Part shown: positions 58,001 through 64,000 of the stretch, one piece after another
How the letters are laid out: each line of letters starts with the position of its first letter
Numbering within the stretch: the first letter of the stretch is position 1
DNA from: an uncultured Cytophagales bacterium
GTDB taxonomy: Bacteria > Bacteroidota > Bacteroidia > Cytophagales > JAAEPT01
NCBI GenBank assembly: GCA_963815495.1
Contig: CAWFGW010000007.1
Coordinates: forward strand, 193,531 to 257,530
Direction of reading: 5' to 3'
Length of the DNA stretch: 64,000 nt
Position numbers and translations under genes: made by a program
The notes under the pieces: generated by a model
The model's input: the letters and a program-made list of their open reading frames with translations, nothing else
Database searches by the model: none
Told to the model about the DNA's origin: nothing

Positions 58001-61000
58001 TTGATCTGACCGGATTGTAATACTCCATTGATATACATCTTAAAATCTATCCCATCATAAGTTACACCTACATGAGTCCACATATTAAGAGGTAGTTCTT
58101 GGTCAGAACTAAGATTAATATCAGAACCTTGAATAGCTGAAAAATTAATTTTATTTGCTTCACTTGGAAACCCACAAGTAACTTCGTTACCAATATATAA
58201 ACTCCAACTCGCACATCCCATATTGCAACCATTAGTATAAGTGAGGATTTGATTATTTAGTGATCGAGGATAAATCCACATCTCTACAGTAAAGTTGGAT
58301 TCTAAATTCCAAGCTGGTGCATTATCGGGTATAGTTACTTTATCATCAAGACCATCAAAATCTAGTGCTTCGCCTGCACTTACTACTGGATCTGTTAATA
58401 TCACACTAGCTACCGTATCTGAACTACAACCATTTAACTCGACAAAGATGTCAGTATAGGTTTCTGCGGGTAAGTTCGAAATGATTATTTCACCAGATGT
58501 AGATACTTCATTTGCTAGTTGAACTGATCCATTATAATACACATCATACGTTTCTCCATCATCCAAACCACCAATAGTAATACTCCCGTCATTTCCGCCT
58601 ACGGTAGTCGGGTTGCTTGGTGTAACAGTGATGGTGGGTACAGGAAGGATGGTGATAGTGAAGTCTCCTTGATCAGAACAGCCTGGCCCTGTTTCATGAT
58701 AAACATAGATTGTTTGAGTAGAAGTTATTTCTTCCCCTGGATTAAATTGTACCCCGCCACCATTAGGTGCAGTAAAATATTCATTATCGGTATAGCCTAC
58801 TGAAAATGATGGTAATGTATAACTACCACATTCGGTAAGATTGCTAAAAGATTGTGTTTCGGGAGTATCATAAAAATCAACAACAATACTATCTTCCGCT
58901 ATACAGTTGGGATTAGTACCCGATTCGGCATAAATATACACGGTTTTTTCACCTTCAGAGCTATTCACTGAATTATTGGAAAATGTTCCTACTCCTCCAG
59001 ATTGAGGATGGAAAGAACCAACACTTAAAGTGGGGAATGTATAATCATCACATGCCGTGGTGTCAGACAACGGGTCTAATACGGGTATTTCATGGATTGT
59101 AACCTCAAAACTCTCTTCCGAAAAACAGCTAGGCGTGGCGGTTACGGAGTCGTAGATAAAAACTGTTTGAGATGTTATAATAACATCGCCTGGAGTGTAT
59201 GGTGTCCCCATTCCTCCCGATGCTGAATAATAAGCTTCATTTCCAGTGAGGTCAGTACCTGTAATTGCTGGTAGGGTATATTGCCTACAGCTATCCGCAT
59301 CTGCCAGGTTATTAATTACTGGTGGAACTGGTTGGGTTAGGGTTAGTGATGTAATCGTATCGCTAAAACAACCTGCAGAGTCTATATAGATATCGGTATA
59401 TGTGCCATCTGACAAAGATGAAAAAACTATGCTATCACCATCTGCTGTAGCAGTATTAGTTACTACAGATGCATCAATGGTTTTGTAATAGTAATCGTAT
59501 TCTACTCCCTCAGACAATCCTTTTATAACTATTAATCCATCACCACCCGCACACGTAGGGTCTATGCCGTATGATGCTGAAAGGTCTTTTGGGGGACAAA
59601 TCGAAAATTCGTAAGGAGCTGAAAACTCCGAAGTTCTATGACCCATAGAAGGTGTATACGATTCGGTATAAGTCAAGTATTTAGTCGTAGAAAGACCTAA
59701 CAAACTATTCATTCGATCCAACATGGCTTTGGTGAATGTTAACTCCCAGGAATTATCACTTTCAGGTACTACTTCTCCTAGGTATACTCTACCTTGATCA
59801 TTTAAATCAGCATATACCTGGATTAGTGAAACATCATCGTGTGCCGTACCTCGAATTAATGTATCGCCTGCTTCTATAAATAAGCCTAAAATTGCAGATG
59901 GAATTGGATCAAAGGCATTGCTAATGCCCTTATTGGTATTGGAAAAAATGGCGTTTTTATAAATTAAAGTGGAAGGACTAGTGCCCACTTCGATACCATT
60001 GTTAGTTCCTGCGATATAATTAGAATATCTTAATTCTGAATTACCAACCACCACTGTTCCCAATGCCTCAGAATGAATACCATCGCCTACACTTGTAGCC
60101 AATGTACCATCTGCAAACAAACCTATTCTGTTATGAGAAATGACAATATCGCTACTACTCCCTTCAATAAAAATTTGATGGTTAAAGCTAGAGGAACCAT
60201 TCCCCGCTATAAAATTAAAACCTCCAGGTAAGTCTACACCTATTTGGATATTTTCAGAATCTACGAGGTTAATACCATCACCCTCATTTTGAATAATGGT
60301 TGTCAAGTTTGGACTTAATCCTATAAAGTTTCGAGCAAAAGTAAGTCCTTGACAGTTTTCCAGACGAATACCATCACTACTGTTTCCCGAAATCACATTG
60401 ATATCCTTGGGTGAGCCCCCACCTATTCGGCTAGAATACAATGAAGAATTAGTTGCGCTAACCCCTACTAGGTGAACACCGATTGCATTCCCCGCCCCTG
60501 TTCCATCCGGGTGAATCCCAATAAAACAACCTTCAATTATTAAGTCTTTGACATTTTCAGCATAAACACCAGCCGATTTAGCATTAATGATTGAAAGCCC
60601 TCGTATAGTCACGTTGTCACTTGCGATTTCTAAACCATATTCAAAATTATCTGCAGCATTGATTATAATTCGTATACCATGATTCGCATTCAAAGAATCA
60701 GTTGAACCAATTGCAGTATTTTGACTTCTTCCTTTAATAGTTAACGCATCCGTTATTGCTGGTAAAGGATTTAACAAACCAATACTATAGACAGGACCAC
60801 CAACTTCGGTTATTTTAAACGTAATTGAATCAGGAACACCAGCAATAAGATCATTATCATTCGCCCAATTGATCGCATAACGTAAATCGCCACATTCACC
60901 GGAACCATCACTCTGGGGGTCATTATCTGTTGCTTTTGTAACAATTAAAGGGGCTGGACAACTACTTAAAGGCTGATTAAACCCTTGAGTTAAAATAGGG

Positions 61001-61170
61001 TTAGTTCCTACAGTATAAATAAAGGTCTCCCCTATGGAATATTGCCAATGTTGGTTAGCTCCAACTGTAGCCGCTCCACCACCTGCGTTGAGTGTTGTGG
61101 GTGCGGTTGATTGCGCATAACCTTCAAACGCAAACAGGAATAGAGAAAGATAGAGATATAGCTGTTTCAA
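52060..61170 (-). CDS. Giant T9SS cargo (3,036 aa): three right-handed beta-helix modules, LamG/ConA-like domain, SprB-/Ig-like repeats, type-A CTD
   Basis: TTG start with the signal peptide MKQLYLYLSLFLFAFEGYAQ. Three head motifs (CGDLRYAINWAN, CGTLRFAINHANNN, CGTLRGAVEYLEAN) are each followed by parallel-beta-helix-like repeats rich in N/G/I. A LamG-like block runs ALDFDGLDDKVTIP...DEFRIWNRAL. The C-terminus IQVIPNPALEDFDVTY...GIYLIKIVDG...EKVMME is a T9SS sorting domain. Confidence 0.8.
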   Translation of the reverse strand: MKQLYLYLSLFLFAFEGYAQSTAPTTLNAGGGAATVGANQHWQYSIGETFIYTVGTNPILTQGFNQPLSSCPAPLIVTKATDNDPQSDGSGECGDLRYAINWANDNDLIAGVPDSITFKITEVGGPVYSIGLLNPLPAITDALTIKGRSQNTAIGSTDSLNANHGIRIIINAADNFEYGLEIASDNVTIRGLSIINAKSAGVYAENVKDLIIEGCFIGIHPDGTGAGNAIGVHLVGVSATNSSLYSSRIGGGSPKDINVISGNSSDGIRLENCQGLTFARNFIGLSPNLTTIIQNEGDGINLVDSENIQIGVDLPGGFNFIAGNGSSSFNHQIFIEGSSSDIVISHNRIGLFADGTLATSVGDGIHSEALGTVVVGNSELRYSNYIAGTNNGIEVGTSPSTLIYKNAIFSNTNKGISNAFDPIPSAILGLFIEAGDTLIRGTAHDDVSLIQVYADLNDQGRVYLGEVVPESDNSWELTFTKAMLDRMNSLLGLSTTKYLTYTESYTPSMGHRTSEFSAPYEFSICPPKDLSASYGIDPTCAGGDGLIVIKGLSEGVEYDYYYKTIDASVVTNTATADGDSIVFSSLSDGTYTDIYIDSAGCFSDTITSLTLTQPVPPVINNLADADSCRQYTLPAITGTDLTGNEAYYSASGGMGTPYTPGDVIITSQTVFIYDSVTATPSCFSEESFEVTIHEIPVLDPLSDTTACDDYTFPTLSVGSFHPQSGGVGTFSNNSVNSSEGEKTVYIYAESGTNPNCIAEDSIVVDFYDTPETQSFSNLTECGSYTLPSFSVGYTDNEYFTAPNGGGVQFNPGEEITSTQTIYVYHETGPGCSDQGDFTITILPVPTITVTPSNPTTVGGNDGSITIGGLDDGETYDVYYNGSVQLANEVSTSGEIIISNLPAETYTDIFVELNGCSSDTVASVILTDPVVSAGEALDFDGLDDKVTIPDNAPAWNLESNFTVEMWIYPRSLNNQILTYTNGCNMGCASWSLYIGNEVTCGFPSEANKINFSAIQGSDINLSSDQELPLNMWTHVGVTYDGIDFKMYINGVLQSGQINKPGMIIPSSVNRFIGLEDFCEIRGAYKGKIDEFRIWNRALCEEEINAYMNADLLPNKTNLTAQYSFNQGYVGVDNSTVTTLVDSVDATYNGTLVGFALSDTTSNWVAPGAVTPGTIATSTTCPTCNPLLVTKTSDVNTCGTLRFAINHANNNTGADTIRFSNSIIGETILLTDVLPVLTDDRTFINGLVNTDTLPDINIDGSGLVLLASSQLVNGLEVRSNENIIQGLAIYNMPVDILSSFSSGGRGISINNATNNTIRHNYIGTTTNQDLGVGNGGHGISLENEADYTFIHSNLFIGNGIGNLADAAQTAQISIDDLTWNCNIHHNLIGTTTNGTVNTIPDNAVGISINQNSSENLIAHNVILNQYSGVMILSSIDNMIINNIIGSNLTHGLIIDGATAFGNEVYGNYLGTDNSFNDLGNGESGVVIRNNANSNTIGNYDAINLSQVNHIHYNQQHGILIENVNQINNIDFNFIGTDLSDVNRANGGDGIHINNGVSQNMLYNLIGFNGGSGIAYSNNSNRNVHYRNYFHRNLGGGVLFEDNTVQSLIPKPVINSFDALTGIVTIEASDISIDTVIVYADFNTQGYIPLGRATRTIGNFFEYQLTVQDSVDIINYGLDSLTAIQGEGTFYGLSSSEFSEPVSLVSCDPLIVTKTTDDGSCGTLRGAVEYLEANGLEDTIRFSLPASATVLLDNGIEINQDNIVIDAELNNITISTAPGFIPITTTAQTVVGIDGDNITFNNINIEDASGNTQVLVFVSGDNFTINNGEISGASSGIETIGGNKTMTINKTYFHTLFSPLYFSGQNWNVSIDGSHFGYAKDGTLGSITGDEAVYFESSGGTLNISNSYFSNIGNNGMTIHNATDIKITDNVFGRTSDGTISIVGLPINFASGVTGATVSNNLIIDNFFGAITVFDNSTVTIENNKIVGGALGVAMGGIDELDITTSKMDLSGNSISGISPKKPIQQSSNANYFPTILTVNTVTGVVTGTLNLSTPLPGFRIELFATATNQADTSIIVSPGQNPAWSVTVPNLLSYGLDSLTATATFNNNTSELSKPFAIFPCQHTADAGNDTTLCNPTSIQLDGGVIAPATSGTWTAGDGIFSNPNDSLATYTFDSADFNNDSLLFVFTPTGLGGCKVNPDTMVVYFAQPPVFDLGLDTLRLCGDDTLVQYTVVAPTTISWTNTSGVVLSTQDTLDISFDNGPQWYFATITNTTCSAVDSFYFESAEALEDGISFDAGNDIANGTVTLRTDFGLNTSIEWYEVNQGMIPETNETLITNLYGAGLYYFVRSSITGTCSVVSDTLEVTDSNNPCREQDTTFTIADTSICLGDNIVITSNDNLPIIWEWFDGSNWITQGTTNPYILTTLTAGFYEFRAILDTASCADTVLVQQKFEIKSAGSTTLTSNQTVLPATLTTDADATEYSWYRGITPVATTIINELDVTSSGNYRVRKDTAFCDVASEFVKLCADTTIQFARDSITICAASAEDVELTGAFARVTWYVNGSEQTLSDTAATTLPINKTSEVYATVRVLNGCVYTTDTVQVTAVDVNGISTTITGDTVIIDGVPVTLTTVQEPEVQSIVWNDNSTAFELTTNTPGNYSFIKYVNGCEVISDTVTVIDSNTTISTLIPGTIATDETTICTNSTASFTSSADASGGTPPLTYSWEQSINGTNWSSVGASNSPAYTSGALTASTYFRRAVTDGVDTVFTNSILVTVSPTAGPTISGPIDLCANNTTELTASGNATDTYQWYIDGRKAIGETKQSITAFIEGDYTVENLSASCGGQSNALDVEYDASAIDPIVSQPASVLTTQTGNGYTYQWYVSYEGKVLAIVGATNSTYLPIYSGTYYLSINTGKATCTRISSGFAANSSSGIDIARVSLNTTSTSIYIPVASVSSSIQVIPNPALEDFDVTYTSGTTGSLLLSIIDMNGVEVMSESLYKDGFTTTVHVYDLNKELNAGIYLIKIVDGDAVNYEKVMME

Positions 61171-61171
61171 A

Positions 61172-63022
61172 TTACTGACGTTTTAGTGCGCTTAACTCTT
61201 CTTGAAGCAGTTGAATTTGCTTCTGGTTTTGGTCAATCAGCACTTGTTGTTCTTGAATGGCTTTAGTGAGGAGAGGTGTTAACTTTGAATAGTCAATCAT
61301 CATTGGGTCTGTATTAACATCACCATCTGGATCACCTGAAACTATGTTAGGGTATACCTCTAACATTTCTTGTGCTATAAACCCATCACTTGTGAACGAA
61401 GAATTAGCCTTAAACTCGTATGATCTAGGTTTAATTTTTTTCACTACACTTAAAGCATTGTCTAGGTCAACAATATTTTGTTTTAAGCGACTATCAGATG
61501 TTTGGTTATACGAAATACCTCCTGAACCATTTGCTCGAATAGACCCAGAAGGTAGTCCTGCGCCCCCGTTATGAGTAAAAAGAATATAGTAAGCCCCAGT
61601 AGATGGTACAGCCCCACCTACTCCAACCACAATTCCATCACTAGCAACATCTGTATTGTAATTATAAAAACGTGCTACATAACCAGTTGAAGCATCGTTT
61701 TGAACTTGTAATCGCGTACCAGTAGTAGGCACATCAACTCCTATTCCGACTGATCCATTGCCTCTGAAAGAAACTATATTTCCTAAACCAGAATAAAAAA
61801 CATTCAAATTAGCATTATTTGTAGTTTCAGTACCGATTTGAGCATGAGAACTTAACAGCCAATGTTCGGTTGAGGTGCCATTTTCTAACCGAATACGATT
61901 GTATCCATTTGATGATGTATAAAGACCGTTTGACGTCATAGTTACTGTAAATGGATAATTATTAGAAGTTTGTATTTGTAAGGAAGAAGAAGGTGTAGTA
62001 GTACCAATCCCCACTCTATTCGTAGATTTATCAACGTATAAATTATTACCTCCAATAGCTATATCTGCGGTAGTAGTAGATGTATTAATATTAAGATTGC
62101 TGGTATATTGTATAAATGCCTGTTGAACACTTGAAGCATCTCGAAACCTTAGCGTTGGTGTGCCAGAGTCTATGTTTAAATCCCCTGACAGACGAGTGGT
62201 ACCAGTGACCTGTAGTCTATCGGTTCCAGAGGGCACTTCTCCTATTCCAACATTCCCAGTAGAATAATAAATAGCAGAACCACTCTGAGTCCAAAGTTGA
62301 CTGTTTGCTGGTAAATCCTGCCAAGTAGCATTCCCAAATTTATCAGACGTAAGCACTCTTTTATCATCTTCATTTCCATCTACATAAGTTAATTCTGCAT
62401 TATTTGCTGCTGTTCCAAAAAGTATGCGATTAGAAGCCATAGAAAATGTAAAAACTTGCTCATCTGAATTATTAAACAACTGAAGTTCTTCTGCTTTAAC
62501 TTCAAAAAATTTTCCATCAGTAAAACTTACATTTTGACCATTTTGAATAATTTCGACATCTTCTCCCAACTTGCCTCCTAACCTAATTTCATTACCTACT
62601 CTATTCAAACCATTTGCACCATCAATGTTTGCTACAGGGGTAGTTAATGCATCAGCTGTGGCACAATGTAAGGCATAAGGTACAGATTGTAGAGGTTGAG
62701 CAGAACCCATACTCACCGTGTTTACAAATATTTCAATGGTTGTTGGGGAAATTGTCCAATCAAAAGCAGCAAACTGTGTTGTATTTTCACTTCCTATAAC
62801 TAAGTTAACTAAACCAAAAGTACTTGGTGTTATATTCAAATGATCCTCAACAAAATTACCACTACCATTCAATAAGCTTATTCGAATGTCTACTGTACCA
62901 GTTGTAATGGGTTGTCCACTACCATCACGCACGATTGCTTGGTAATTTATTCCTTGTGGGACTTGGGCTAAGCCAACAGAACACAATGCAAAAACAAACA
63001 ACAGGCTAATGAACAATTTCAT
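61172..63022 (-). CDS. Secreted tail-fibre-like protein with a C-terminal peptidase-S74 intramolecular-chaperone domain
   Basis: 616-aa ORF with a signal peptide. It carries the N-terminal GINYQAIVRDGSGQPI module. The C-terminus SDSRLKQNIVDLDNALSVVKKIKPRSYEFK...GFIAQEMLEVYPNIV...MIDYSKLTPLLTKAIQEQQ plus a coiled coil matches the S74 chaperone-domain pattern (SD.R.K.NI ... GfiAQE ... vdY..L). Confidence 0.8.
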   Translation of the reverse strand: MKLFISLLFVFALCSVGLAQVPQGINYQAIVRDGSGQPITTGTVDIRISLLNGSGNFVEDHLNITPSTFGLVNLVIGSENTTQFAAFDWTISPTTIEIFVNTVSMGSAQPLQSVPYALHCATADALTTPVANIDGANGLNRVGNEIRLGGKLGEDVEIIQNGQNVSFTDGKFFEVKAEELQLFNNSDEQVFTFSMASNRILFGTAANNAELTYVDGNEDDKRVLTSDKFGNATWQDLPANSQLWTQSGSAIYYSTGNVGIGEVPSGTDRLQVTGTTRLSGDLNIDSGTPTLRFRDASSVQQAFIQYTSNLNINTSTTTADIAIGGNNLYVDKSTNRVGIGTTTPSSSLQIQTSNNYPFTVTMTSNGLYTSSNGYNRIRLENGTSTEHWLLSSHAQIGTETTNNANLNVFYSGLGNIVSFRGNGSVGIGVDVPTTGTRLQVQNDASTGYVARFYNYNTDVASDGIVVGVGGAVPSTGAYYILFTHNGGAGLPSGSIRANGSGGISYNQTSDSRLKQNIVDLDNALSVVKKIKPRSYEFKANSSFTSDGFIAQEMLEVYPNIVSGDPDGDVNTDPMMIDYSKLTPLLTKAIQEQQVLIDQNQKQIQLLQEELSALKRQ

Positions 63023-63031
63023 AACTTATTT

Positions 63032-64000
63032 TTATGGTTGAAATACGGTAAAGGAAAAAGAAGTATCTATAAAGTCACCAGACACCTCTTGTAAAAGAAT
63101 TACTAAATTATTATTCTTTTGTATGTAACTAGTAATTACAGGAACACCTGAAATTGCTAATGGAGTAACAGAAACAACAAATTTCTCTAAATTAAAATTA
63201 AGACCATCAAAGGCAACTTCATACTCTCCTGTAGCTATTTTAGTGACAGAAAAATTATTACTACCTGTATAAATTGAACCTCCTTCTTTTATTGAGCCAT
63301 GAGCAAAACAAAGCATGTTTGCAGTACCCGTGTTAGTTGTACGCACTTTACCAGTGAGTAAAATATTTCCATTAGCCTCAACCCTCATTCTCTCTGTGTC
63401 GTTTGTGGAAAATATAATTGGACCTGAAACATATTTTGTAAACAAATGTAAACCTTCAGGTCTACCATTTAAATAATCACCAGCGTAATGATGTATAATA
63501 CCTGCAGTTCTATTATTATTTGTCATGAGTAAACCACCAGTCATATCTGTAGTATGTGTCTCAAAAAAAGCATCATCGCCATCACTCGATATCATTACGG
63601 TATAATCGGGACTTCCCCCTATAGGGTTATGAATGTTTTCGCCCAAATCAAGCTTAGTTTTAGGATTATTATGTCCTACCCCAATATTTCCACCATCATA
63701 ATAAATAGCTGAACCAGCATCTGTCCATAAACCCAAAGGGGAAGATGTAGTTAAAGCATCTGCAGTAGCACAGTGTAATGCATAAGGTACTGCTTGCAAT
63801 GGTTGAGCTGAACCCATACTAATTCCATCGACTTTTACTTCTACAGTAATCGGAATACTTGTATTCGCCCAATCAATTTCTGCAAATGTTTTAGAAATCG
63901 CAGTACCATTTCCTATGACTAAATTCACTAAACCATATTCTCCAATGGTTACACCGGAGTGTATTTCTTGAAAAATACTACTTAATCCAAAATTTACAGT
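63032..64000 (-). CDS. Paralogous tail-fibre-like secreted protein (partial; N-terminus beyond the right edge)
   Basis: The track ORF 63032..63928 begins at an internal GTG. The same frame stays open to position 64000 (TVNFGLSSIFQEIHSGVTIGEYGLVNLVIGNG...). It shares SMGSAQPLQAVPYALHCATADALTT with the neighbouring gene and lacks the S74 domain. Confidence 0.7.
   Translation of the reverse strand, partial: TVNFGLSSIFQEIHSGVTIGEYGLVNLVIGNGTAISKTFAEIDWANTSIPITVEVKVDGISMGSAQPLQAVPYALHCATADALTTSSPLGLWTDAGSAIYYDGGNIGVGHNNPKTKLDLGENIHNPIGGSPDYTVMISSDGDDAFFETHTTDMTGGLLMTNNNRTAGIIHHYAGDYLNGRPEGLHLFTKYVSGPIIFSTNDTERMRVEANGNILLTGKVRTTNTGTANMLCFAHGSIKEGGSIYTGSNNFSVTKIATGEYEVAFDGLNFNLEKFVVSVTPLAISGVPVITSYIQKNNNLVILLQEVSGDFIDTSFSFTVFQP

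Noticed and set aside
61172-64000. Tail-fibre / S74-chaperone genes as evidence of a prophage
   Set aside because: No capsid, portal, terminase, baseplate, tape-measure, integrase or lysis genes appear in the 19 kb of adjacent sequence. The proteins have Sec signal peptides and sit among T9SS cargo genes. The region beyond 64 kb is unseen, so this is rejected only for the visible part.

Overview
AT-rich Bacteroidota (Flavobacteriia-like) chromosomal window with no rRNA, tRNA, CRISPR array or intact transposase recognised. Positions 1-41.2 kb mix housekeeping genes (msrA, class I/II aminotransferase, lgt, YebC-family regulator, dapD, TerC, AGCS symporter, DtxR-type regulator plus two metal ABC genes) with type IX secretion (T9SS) cargo. 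That cargo comprises a roughly 2,040-codon PKD adhesin with a type-B C-terminal domain followed by its PorP/SprF partner, and two paralogous proteins of more than 1,200 aa (propeller, lipase, BIg, CTD) flanking a GH16 glucanase. Positions 41.2-64 kb form an accessory cell-surface island, almost entirely on the minus strand: a 3,036-aa triple beta-helix T9SS protein, two tail-fibre-like proteins (one with a peptidase-S74 chaperone domain), an FN3/CTD protein, a Fib_succ_major lectin-like protein, a lysine/arginine-rich outer-membrane beta-barrel protein, a lipoprotein, a thioredoxin-like protein and a small GIY-YIG nuclease. The strongest signal is that every intergenic gap from 41.26 to 52.06 kb is filled by a mosaic of re-used, mostly self-complementary repeat modules that I did not see elsewhere in the window. 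These repeats abut truncated genes: the metal ABC permease is missing, a gene 3' end is orphaned and the Smr gene has lost its 5' end. The GIY-YIG gene sits inside the densest repeat tract. Separately, five frameshifts cluster in four genes between 4.5 and 9.9 kb, while far longer ORFs elsewhere are intact. All function calls rest on motifs read from the supplied translations. No searches were run.
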